Part shown: one piece after another, positions 1 through 8,292 of the stretch
How the letters are laid out: every line of letters starts with the position of its first letter
Position numbering within the stretch: position 1 is the first letter of the stretch
Origin: an uncultured Clostridium sp.
GTDB lineage: Bacteria; Bacillota; Clostridia; TANB77; CAG-508
Assembly (NCBI GenBank): GCA_900555835.1
Contig: USMK01000002.1
Coordinates: 10,117-74,116 of the forward strand
Length of the DNA: 64,000 nt
Reading direction: 5' to 3'
The notes under the pieces: generated by a model
Databases searched by the model: none
The model's input: the letters and a program-made list of their open reading frames with translations, nothing else
Told to the model about the DNA's origin: nothing
Translations under genes and position numbers: made by a program

Positions 1-1
1 A

Positions 2-154
2 CCTAAAAATGCAACACCAAAGGATTATATGTATGCAACAGCCTATGAAGGCTTAATTGGATATTTATATTTGACAAAAAATGAAAAAAGAATGAAAGAA
101 ATATTAGATATAAGTATAAAAATGCTTGACGAACATACCAAAAGTGTGGTATAA
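2..154 (+). CDS. mrnC: Mini-ribonuclease 3 (MrnC/YazC family), C-terminal fragment; 5' end lies outside the window
   Basis: Frame is open from the window edge to TAA at 152-154. Translation ...YATAYEGLIGYLYLTKNEKRMKEILD... matches the conserved STAFEALIGYL region of Mini-III RNases. Confidence 0.6.
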   Translation, partial: PKNATPKDYMYATAYEGLIGYLYLTKNEKRMKEILDISIKMLDEHTKSVV

Positions 155-169
155 ATATATATGCTAGAT

Positions 170-244
170 GGCCCGTTGGTCAAGAGGCTAAGACGCCACC
201 CTCTCAAGGTGGAATCATGGGTTCGATTCCCGTACGGGTCACCA
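170..244 (+). tRNA. tRNA-Glu, anticodon CUC, CCA encoded
   Basis: 75-nt cloverleaf GGCCCGTTGGTCAAG...GGGTTCGATTCCCGTACGGGTCACCA. Closely resembles Firmicute tRNA-Glu. Anticodon stem CCACC/GGTGG encloses loop CTCTCAA, giving anticodon CTC. Confidence 0.9.
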
Positions 245-250
245 ACTTAT

Positions 251-290
251 TTGACAAAAGTTTACCTAAATGATATAATATATTTAGGTA
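251..290 (+). promoter_or_regulatory. Sigma-A type promoter with an operator-like inverted repeat, upstream of the orphan gene
   Basis: TTGACA (251-256), 17 nt, TATAAT (274-279). A 9-bp inverted repeat TACCTAAAT / ATTTAGGTA (263-271 and 282-290) brackets the -10. Confidence 0.6.
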
Positions 291-366
291 AATTTTTTTA
301 TTATTATCCTCTTATGTACATCTAAGAACTAACAAGAGGGTTAAATTTAAGGAGGAAATAAAGAGC

Positions 367-873
367 ATGTTTGAATTTTTTTTGCAAAAAAGACATGAAA
401 AAAAGGCAGAACAGGAACGGCTTATTAAATTTAAAAACGATTTATCGTTTTTTAAAGAAGAAATGCCCAGAAATAAAGAAGGTGCATTAGAGTATACTTT
501 AAAGTTCTTTAATGTGGTTTCTGAATTTCAGGATCAAGGAAGGATAAAATTCGCAAAGAATGCGGATGAAATCAATTTCCTTGTGGAAAGATCTGGTCGT
601 CAAGTCTATGGATGGAACCGAACTGAAAAGGGAGAAAAAGTAACTGCTGATAATTTGTATTTAGGCAATGTATTTGGCTTATTTACTCATACTGCTAAGG
701 TGTGGATGAATGATGATTGGATTTATAAGGATTTTTATAAAAGATTCTATCACGATCATAACTCAGTTGATCCGTTCGACTGGCAAGTTATTATGTTCCA
801 TCAAGTGGAACCGTTTATTGTAATAAACGTTAAGGAACTTTGTGATGCCTTAGACGTAGCAATTAACAGCTAA
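367..873 (+). CDS. Hypothetical protein (168 aa), no family recognised; atypical C-ending codon usage
   Basis: ORF preceded by AAGGAGG, with its own promoter and terminator. Uses CGT/CGA/CGG, TTC, GAC and AAC codons that are unusual for this window. Contains an in-frame CGG at 418-420. Confidence 0.6.
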   Translation: MFEFFLQKRHEKKAEQERLIKFKNDLSFFKEEMPRNKEGALEYTLKFFNVVSEFQDQGRIKFAKNADEINFLVERSGRQVYGWNRTEKGEKVTADNLYLGNVFGLFTHTAKVWMNDDWIYKDFYKRFYHDHNSVDPFDWQVIMFHQVEPFIVINVKELCDALDVAINS

Positions 874-882
874 ACATTCAAA

Positions 883-915
883 CAAAAAACCAACTGCATT
901 GCAGTTGGTTTTTTT
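883..915. terminator. Bidirectional intrinsic terminator between the orphan gene and mgtA
   Basis: Stem CCAACTGC (890-897) / GCAGTTGG (901-908), flanked by an A-run on one side and a T-run on the other. Confidence 0.75.
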
Positions 916-924
916 ATGCAAAAT

Positions 925-3534
925 TTATATCCATTCTCCATATTTTCTTATATAAATCTTTTTTGCTACCATTGCTACTAAGCAATAAAGAATTGGCACT
1001 CCAATTATTATGCTTAAATATTCAAAAGGAACAGCTTCTAGTCCTATAAATTGTCCAATTACTGTATATGGCACAATAATTGCAATTATACTTAACAAAA
1101 TTGAAGATGCATATACCATTTTTGAAGCATTGCTTTGAACAAATGGCATTTTTGCGGTTCTTATAATATGCATTCCTATTAAGTTTGAAACAACTCCATA
1201 AGAGAACCATATTGTTTGGAATATAATAGCATCTCTAACTCCAAATATAAACCATAATGAAGCAAATACTATTAAATCGAAGCAAGAGCTAAGTGGTCCC
1301 ATAAATAGCATGAAGTGTTGCAAGCCTTTTAAACTCCAATTTCTAGGTTTTTTCAAATATTCTTTGTCAACATTATCGAAAGGCAAAGTTAATTGACCGA
1401 AGTCATACAATAAACTTTGTACTAATAATTGGATTGGAGTAATAGGTAAAAATGGAAGCAATACACTTGCTATAATAACAGAAGAAACTTCGCCGAAATT
1501 GAAGCTTACTGCCATTTTTATATATTTCATTAAGTTAGCAAAAGTTCTTCTTCCTTCTGTAACACCATCTAGAAGTACATTTAAATCCTTTTCTAAAAGG
1601 ATTATATCAGCAGACTCTTTTGCAATGTCAACTGCTGTATCAACTGAAATTCCTACATCTGAATTTATTAAAGAAGGACTGTCGTTTATACCATCTCCCA
1701 TATATCCAACAACATTGTTCATTTCCTTTAAAAGTCTTACAATTCTAGCTTTTTGGATAGGGGATAGCTTAGCAAAAATATTAGTTTTTTTAAGAAGCCT
1801 TTTAACACCAATATCTTGAAGTTTATCTATTTGACTTCCTAAAACAATTTTATCAGATTTAATGCCAACTTTATTACAAATACATCTTGTTACATCTGCA
1901 TTATCACCAGTTAGAACTATTACTCTAATGCCAGAATCATATAATTTAGAAATTGCTTCTTTGGCACTTTCTTTTGGTGGGTCTAAAAATCCAACAAAGC
2001 CAAGTAAGACCATATTTTTTTCGTCTTTTACTCCAAATTCAGAAATGTTTTCAATATCATTTTTCTGGCAAACTGCTAAGACTCTAAGTCCATCTTGATT
2101 TAATTTTTTACTTATTTTTCTGATATTATCTTTAATGTCATTTGTTAATTTTGTAACATTTCCTTGTAAATCTGCCATAGTACAAATACTTAGGATTTCC
2201 TCAACAGCTCCTTTTGTAATAAGCTGTTTTTTAGTCCCATCTGTAACAATAACAGAAAGCCTACGTCTAGAAAAATCAAAAGGAATTTCGTCAACTTTTT
2301 TATAAATATTAGAATATTTACCCATATCATTTTTTAGACCTCTTGCGATAATGGCTTCATCAATATTTCCCTTTAAGCCTGTTTGGAAAAATGAATTTAA
2401 AAATACGTGTTTTAAAATTCTTAAATCTTCATTGCCATCAATATCTAGGTATTTTTCTAGTACTATCTTATCTTCCGTTAAAGTTCCTGTTTTGTCTGTA
2501 CATAATATATTCATAGAACCAAAACTTTGGATAGAATCTAATTTTTTTACAATAGTCTTCTTTTTAGACATTCTTATTGCACCTTTGGATAAACTAGAAG
2601 AAAGTATAACAGGAAGTAGCAATGGGGTAATTCCAATGGCTATGGCAATTGCAAATGTAAAAGCTATTAAAATATCGTGTTTCCAAGCGTTTAGAATAAA
2701 TACAATTGGAATTAAAACAAGCATAAATCGTATAAGAAGTTTGCTAATGCTTTCAATTCCTTTTTGAAAATCTGTTTTAGGTTTGCCGGAACTTATAGAA
2801 TAAGCAACTTTGCCGAAATAAGTATTATCTGCAATTTTAATAACAATTCCCTTGGCACTACCACTAATTACATTTGTTCCCATAAAACAGATATTATCTA
2901 AGTCGGATAAGCTATCAAGTTCGTCTAATGGCATACTACATTCAACTTGTTTTTTTACAGCATCAGATTCGCCTGTAAGAGAAGATTGCCCAACATATAG
3001 GTCTTTATCTTCCAGTATACGTAAATCAGCAGGAATCATATCACCAGCAGATAGAACCACAATATCGCCAATAGTTACTTCTTTTACTGGAACTAAAATT
3101 TTCTTACCATCTCTCATAACAGTAGCCTTTGTTGCAACAAGTTCTTTTAACTTTTCGGCAGCCTTATTTGAACGATATTCCTCGAAAAATTCAAGAAAGG
3201 TACTTATTAAAACCAATACAATTATAACAACAATGTTCGCATAGCTAGGAGTTTCTGGAAGCAATACATCTGTGTATATAAGAACAAATGTAATTCCAAG
3301 CAAAATGCTATTAAAAGGACTGAACAAACTGCTTAGAAAATAATTGTACCATTTTTTCTGCTTGCCCTGTTTAACTTCATTTAATCCATATGTATTTATA
3401 TGTTCATTAGCCTTGGAGGTAGATAAGCCATTTAGATTTGTATGATATTTTTGAATAAACTCATCCTTACTCAAAGTAGCATCAGCCCCATATAAGGTGG
3501 CAATATCAATTTCTTCCTTTTTTGAATTACTCAT
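925..3534 (-). CDS. mgtA: Magnesium-translocating P-type ATPase
   Basis: 869-aa ORF with DKTGTLT, TGDN and GDGINDSP motifs. N-terminal ...YGLNEV... and layout are typical of the MgtA/MgtB subgroup. Confidence 0.9.
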   Translation of the reverse strand: MSNSKKEEIDIATLYGADATLSKDEFIQKYHTNLNGLSTSKANEHINTYGLNEVKQGKQKKWYNYFLSSLFSPFNSILLGITFVLIYTDVLLPETPSYANIVVIIVLVLISTFLEFFEEYRSNKAAEKLKELVATKATVMRDGKKILVPVKEVTIGDIVVLSAGDMIPADLRILEDKDLYVGQSSLTGESDAVKKQVECSMPLDELDSLSDLDNICFMGTNVISGSAKGIVIKIADNTYFGKVAYSISSGKPKTDFQKGIESISKLLIRFMLVLIPIVFILNAWKHDILIAFTFAIAIAIGITPLLLPVILSSSLSKGAIRMSKKKTIVKKLDSIQSFGSMNILCTDKTGTLTEDKIVLEKYLDIDGNEDLRILKHVFLNSFFQTGLKGNIDEAIIARGLKNDMGKYSNIYKKVDEIPFDFSRRRLSVIVTDGTKKQLITKGAVEEILSICTMADLQGNVTKLTNDIKDNIRKISKKLNQDGLRVLAVCQKNDIENISEFGVKDEKNMVLLGFVGFLDPPKESAKEAISKLYDSGIRVIVLTGDNADVTRCICNKVGIKSDKIVLGSQIDKLQDIGVKRLLKKTNIFAKLSPIQKARIVRLLKEMNNVVGYMGDGINDSPSLINSDVGISVDTAVDIAKESADIILLEKDLNVLLDGVTEGRRTFANLMKYIKMAVSFNFGEVSSVIIASVLLPFLPITPIQLLVQSLLYDFGQLTLPFDNVDKEYLKKPRNWSLKGLQHFMLFMGPLSSCFDLIVFASLWFIFGVRDAIIFQTIWFSYGVVSNLIGMHIIRTAKMPFVQSNASKMVYASSILLSIIAIIVPYTVIGQFIGLEAVPFEYLSIIIGVPILYCLVAMVAKKIYIRKYGEWI

Positions 3535-3682
3535 AAAATTTTCTCACCTCTTTTGTTTGAATTTTATGAAATATAGTATACCACTATTTTTGAAAAAATA
3601 AACAGGTAAGAGGAAATTTTTTTGAAATTTGAAGAAGTCTAATGGATTTGAATATATGAAACGATTGTATTGCTTTAATATA

Positions 3683-3711
3683 TTGACAAATCGGCTTTTT
3701 AAAGATAGAAT
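3683..3711 (+). promoter_or_regulatory. Sigma-A type promoter of the glycopolymer locus
   Basis: TTGACA (3683-3688), 17 nt, TAGAAT (3706-3711). Confidence 0.55.
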
Positions 3712-3745
3712 GTAGGAAAATAATTTTGGACTTGGGAGGAGTAAG

Positions 3746-4691
3746 ATGCCTAGGGTTAGTTTTGTTGTGGCTGGATTTAATGCCAAGGAGTGTATTCGGG
3801 AGATGTATTGAGTCTGTGTTGGCACAGGATTTTGAGGATTGCGATTTTGAGTTTGTGTTTGTGGATGATGGTTCTACAGATGGCACTAAGCAGGCAGTTT
3901 TGAGTTATGAGAATAGATTAGGCGATAAGCTTAAATATTTTTATAAGGAAAATTCAGGAGTTGCGGATACTCGAAATTTTGGTATTAGTAAGGCTTGTGG
4001 GGACTATATTCTTTTTATTGATGCTGACGACTATATTGATAAAGATTTGATTAAAAGCCAGAGAGAAAACTTGAATAAGAATGTTGATTTGATTAAGTTT
4101 AAAATGAAAAAAGTTGATAAAGATGGAAACGAGCTTGAAAAAGTTGAAGGACCGATTTTTGATGTTTTAAATGGACAAGATGCTTTTAATAAACTAGTTT
4201 TTGAAGATGTTTTGATAGATCAATTGTGCATTTATTTTATCAAAAGAAGCTACTGGAATGATAAAGGCTTTAAGTTTGTAAAAGGTGCATATCACGAAGA
4301 TTTTGGTGCTATTCCTTCTATGATTGCACAGGCTAAAAGTGTTATTTCTACTGATGTATATGGCTATTATTATGTTCAAAGTGATAATAGTATTATGAGG
4401 AATACAGACCACAGTAAGACTATAAAGAAAATGGATGATAGTTTTATGTATTATGATTTGGTAAGAGAAAATATTAAAACTATGGATATATCTAAGACAA
4501 CAAAAGAAAATATGCTTATTTATTATACTAATTCAATTTTACTTAAAATGAAAGAACTAAGGGAAAATGATAGAAAAAAATATATAAAAGAATTTAAGAA
4601 AAGAAAGATGTACAAAAACATAAAGATAAGAGATGCAAAACAACTAATTAAAAGAGCGGTGCTAACCTTAAATGTTAATGGCTATTTATAG
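3746..4691 (+). CDS. Glycosyltransferase family 2, interrupted; needs a +1 frame change at CGG 3797-3799 to give a 314-aa protein
   Basis: ATG 3746 follows GGGAGGA and encodes MPRVSFVVAGFNAKECI, then stops at 3809-3811. The +1 frame continues GRCIESVLAQ...VDDGSTDG...IDADD. The Asn-to-Cys spacing matches the neighbouring GT2 genes only if CGGG encodes one residue. Confidence 0.8.
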
Positions 4692-4774
4692 CAATCAATG
4701 AGAAAAATAATTTTAAGTAAGAATAAATAAACTTAAATTTTTGCTAAATTTAACAAAGTGTTAGGAGAAAAGAT

Positions 4775-5728
4775 ATGCCAAAGGTAAGTGTAATTGTTCC
4801 TGTATATAATGTAGAAAAATATATAGAAAAATGTTTGCAAACATTAGTAAATCAAACATTAGAGGATATTGAAATTATAATAGTAAATGATGGTTCTACT
4901 GATAATAGCCCTAAAATAGCAACTGAATACAAGAAAAAATATCCAAATAAAGTTGTATATTTGGAAAAAGAAAACGGTGGGCTATCTGATGCCAGAAATT
5001 ATGGCATACCATATGCTACCGGAGATTATATTGCTTTTCTGGATTCAGATGATTATGTTGAAATTGATTTATATGAGAAAATGTATAACAAGGCGATACA
5101 AACAAATGCTGATATGGTTGAGTGTGATTTTTATTGGGAATATTCAGATACAAAAAAAGTACATGACCAAAATGCTAATTACAAAAATGAAAGTGATATG
5201 TATGCAAATGCCAGAGTTGTTGCTTGGAACAAGCTGTATAAAAGAGAGGTTATAATAAATTCTGGTATAGAATTTCCAAAGGGATTAAGATATGAAGATT
5301 TAGAGTTTTTTTATAAAATATTACCTAAATTGAACAAAATAGAATACATAAGAGAACCTTTAATCCATTATATTCAAAGAAATAATTCAATAACATATGT
5401 TCAAAACGAAAAAACAAGAGATATTTTTATAATTTTGGACAATGTATTGAAATATTACAAAGAAAATGGATTATATGAAAAATATAGCCAAGAGCTAGAA
5501 TATATGTATACAAGAATTTTATTTGCAAGTTCATTAAAAAGAATGACAAAAATAGGAAACGAAAAAGTCCGCAAACAATGCTTGAAAGAGACTTTTGATA
5601 AAGTATACACTACATTCCCAAATTGGAAGAAAAACAAAATATTAAATAGCTCAAAAAGCACAAAAAATATGTATTTAAAAAGCATAAACAAATTTACATA
5701 TAAAATTTATTGCTTGATACTAAAATAG
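4775..5728 (+). CDS. Glycosyltransferase family 2
   Basis: MPKVSVIVPVYNVEKYIEKCL...VNDGSTDNS...LDSDD motifs; RBS GGAGAA. Confidence 0.9.
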   Translation: MPKVSVIVPVYNVEKYIEKCLQTLVNQTLEDIEIIIVNDGSTDNSPKIATEYKKKYPNKVVYLEKENGGLSDARNYGIPYATGDYIAFLDSDDYVEIDLYEKMYNKAIQTNADMVECDFYWEYSDTKKVHDQNANYKNESDMYANARVVAWNKLYKREVIINSGIEFPKGLRYEDLEFFYKILPKLNKIEYIREPLIHYIQRNNSITYVQNEKTRDIFIILDNVLKYYKENGLYEKYSQELEYMYTRILFASSLKRMTKIGNEKVRKQCLKETFDKVYTTFPNWKKNKILNSSKSTKNMYLKSINKFTYKIYCLILK

Positions 5729-5750
5729 GAGGAGTTCTCGTACAAAAATT

Positions 5751-7172
5751 ATGGAAAAGCTAAAAGAACAAATAAAAAAATTAAAAATGGAAGATATATT
5801 ATGCTTATTTGTAATAATATGCCCAATACTTGATATGCTAAGCTTTGTATTTAGAAATACTTTTAATTCAAGTATATCTCCGTCTACATTTATAAGACCA
5901 ATAATTCCAATAATATTATTTATAATTATATTTTTTAAGAAAAATTTTAAACTTCAAATGATAGCAGTGTCCGCTATTTATGCAATATATGCGGTGATTC
6001 ATTTATACCTGTTTAATACCGTAAAAGCAGAATGTTCATATGGTGGTTTAGTTAGCGAATTACAGTATATTGTAAATTATACTTTTTTAATAGTTAATTT
6101 GTTTTTGTTTACATATTTATTCTGGAAAAAGGATAATGACAAACTAAAAAAATCAGTCTTAATTGCTTTTGGAATATATGTGATTTCGCTATATGTAACA
6201 ATTATAACAGGAACATCTTCTACTACTTATCTAGAAGGTACAGGCTACAAAGGCTTATATGAGTCTGGAAATAGTTTGTGCACAATTTTGTGTATTTCAT
6301 TATGCATCATATTGCCAATGATAAAATATAAAAAATATTTTTGGCCTGTTGCAATTTTAAGTGTATTTGCGGGAATATTTTTGACAATGCTTGTTGGAAC
6401 TAGAACTGGACTTTTGGGCTTTGGACTAATTGCATTGCTTTACATATTAGCAGAGTTTTTCACCAGTTTAATTGGAAAAATACATATTAACAAAAAAGTA
6501 ATTGCAATTTCTATATTAGCATTATTGTTAATAATTTTAGTGGCTGTAATGGGCGGTTCTAAAACTCTCGAAAGAAGAATTCATTTAAAAGAAGTACAAG
6601 CAAGTGCAACTGATGTTGAAACAGGAGAAAGAAGATATTTATCAGGTGATGTTACTGAGCTTAAACATAAAATAGAAAATGGCGAAATTAGTGAAGAATA
6701 TATGCCGAAAGAAATGCAAAAAGCAATTATTAGATTATACAATTATGCTAAACAAAACAATATGCAAAATAATGATATGAGAAAACAGCAATTAATGTAC
6801 AATATATATCTAGTACAAGAACAAAAAAGTATGCCACTTATTTTGTTTGGAAATGGCTATAAAGCACAATTTAGAGAGCTGGTAATGGAAATGGAAGTAC
6901 CGGCGTTTTTATGTAATTTTGGTATAGTTGGATTTATTCTCTACTTTGTACCATTTTTAATGATTGCTCTATATGGATTATATATAGCCATTAGAAATAT
7001 AAGAAAAATAGATACAAAATACATAATGTACTTAGGTGGAAGCTGGCTTGCAATATTTTTGTCATTCTTATCTGGATATACATTTTTCAATTCTTCAAGT
7101 ATGGTAATCGTTATAGCTGTTAATGTGTTTTTGATTAATAAAATTTTAGAAATAAAGGAGAACAAGTCTTAA
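5751..7172 (+). CDS. O-antigen ligase/polymerase-like polytopic membrane protein (Wzy_C-like)
   Basis: 473 aa, many predicted TM segments, a central GTRTGLLGF motif, and a large loop before the last TM helices. Located inside the glycan locus. Confidence 0.6.
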   Translation: MEKLKEQIKKLKMEDILCLFVIICPILDMLSFVFRNTFNSSISPSTFIRPIIPIILFIIIFFKKNFKLQMIAVSAIYAIYAVIHLYLFNTVKAECSYGGLVSELQYIVNYTFLIVNLFLFTYLFWKKDNDKLKKSVLIAFGIYVISLYVTIITGTSSTTYLEGTGYKGLYESGNSLCTILCISLCIILPMIKYKKYFWPVAILSVFAGIFLTMLVGTRTGLLGFGLIALLYILAEFFTSLIGKIHINKKVIAISILALLLIILVAVMGGSKTLERRIHLKEVQASATDVETGERRYLSGDVTELKHKIENGEISEEYMPKEMQKAIIRLYNYAKQNNMQNNDMRKQQLMYNIYLVQEQKSMPLILFGNGYKAQFRELVMEMEVPAFLCNFGIVGFILYFVPFLMIALYGLYIAIRNIRKIDTKYIMYLGGSWLAIFLSFLSGYTFFNSSSMVIVIAVNVFLINKILEIKENKS

Positions 7173-8279
7173 ATGAAAAAAGTTTTATTTGGAATAACTA
7201 GCTTAGGACTAGGTGGAGCTGAAAGAGTATTAGTAGATTTGTGCAATGAATTAAGCAAAGAATATGATATAACAATTTTTACAATATACTCAAATGGAGA
7301 AATGGAAAAGCAATTATCAACTAATGTAAAGATTAAATCGCTTATAAATAAAAAATATATAGATTTAACAAAATGGAAAAAGATTTGGAAACCAATTGAA
7401 ATAATGCTTTTTAAAAATTATATATACAAAAAATATATAAAAGCAGACTATGATGTAGAAATTGCGTTTTTAGAAGGCCCTATTACTAGACTTTTTAGTA
7501 TTCCAAATGAAAATACTAAGAAAATTGCTTGGGTACATAATGATATAACAAAAGTGTTTGGAAAAGGCATAAAAGCTAGTCTAAAAAAAGAGATTGATAA
7601 GAATTTGTACGAGAAATACAGCAATTTAGTTTTTGTGAGTAGAGATAATCAAGAAAAATTTGAAGAAACTTATAATTTAGATGCTCAAAAACAAGTTATA
7701 TACAATTATATAGATATTAACTCTGTAATAGAAAAGGCACAAGCTAAGCCAGATATTGAATTTGATGCAAAAGAAACTAATATTGTTACAGTATCAAGAC
7801 TTGTTACTCAAAAGGCTATTGATAGATTGATAAAAGTCCATAAAAGGCTTATAGACGAGGGATTAAAACACAACATATATGTAATAGGAGATGGACCGGA
7901 AAGACCAAATTTGGAAAGCTTAATTAGAGAAAACAATGTACAAAATACTTTTAAACTAATGGGAGCAAAGGAAAATCCATATCCATATATAAAAGAGGCA
8001 GATGCCTTTGCGCTACTTTCATATTTTGAAGGATATCCAATGGTATTACTAGAAGCGCAAATATTAAAAAAATACATTATAATCACAAATACAGCAGCAA
8101 GAGAAACATTGCAAAATTATTCGAATTCACTAATTTTAGAAAATGACGAAGAAGCAATCTTTATCGGACTTTGCAAATATTTGAAAATGAAAGAAGATAT
8201 AGAAAACAAAAATACAAATATAGAAGATTACAACAACCTAAATATAATTAAACAAGTAAAGGAACTTATTGAAGAATAA
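7173..8279 (+). CDS. Glycosyltransferase family 4 (GT-B fold)
   Basis: N-terminal GGAERV and C-terminal EGYPMVLLEAQ motifs typical of GT4/GT1. Confidence 0.85.
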   Translation: MKKVLFGITSLGLGGAERVLVDLCNELSKEYDITIFTIYSNGEMEKQLSTNVKIKSLINKKYIDLTKWKKIWKPIEIMLFKNYIYKKYIKADYDVEIAFLEGPITRLFSIPNENTKKIAWVHNDITKVFGKGIKASLKKEIDKNLYEKYSNLVFVSRDNQEKFEETYNLDAQKQVIYNYIDINSVIEKAQAKPDIEFDAKETNIVTVSRLVTQKAIDRLIKVHKRLIDEGLKHNIYVIGDGPERPNLESLIRENNVQNTFKLMGAKENPYPYIKEADAFALLSYFEGYPMVLLEAQILKKYIIITNTAARETLQNYSNSLILENDEEAIFIGLCKYLKMKEDIENKNTNIEDYNNLNIIKQVKELIEE

Positions 8280-8292
8280 AGAGGGGATATAT

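Noticed and set aside
3535-3745. Looked for an M-box (ykoK) Mg riboswitch upstream of mgtA, on the minus strand.
   Set aside because: The mgtA leader is only about 45 nt downstream of an extended -10 promoter (TGGTATACT). No M-box-like conserved segments or multi-helix structure are visible. The rest of the spacer is the divergent promoter of the GT2 gene.
3726-3800. Track ORF start at TTG 3726 (MDLGGVRCLGLVLLWLDLMPRSVF...) as the N-terminus of the GT2 gene.
   Set aside because: It has no RBS and the sequence does not resemble GT2. ATG 3746 in another frame has GGGAGGA upstream and encodes the canonical GT2 N-terminus. The 3726 extension is just the +1 frame being open.
8269-8292. Track start at 8269 for the GT2-GT4 fusion gene.
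   Set aside because: It overlaps the end of the preceding gene with a non-ATG start. ATG 8293 has AGAGGGG at proper spacing and begins the canonical MKLSILTPTYNR GT2 N-terminus.
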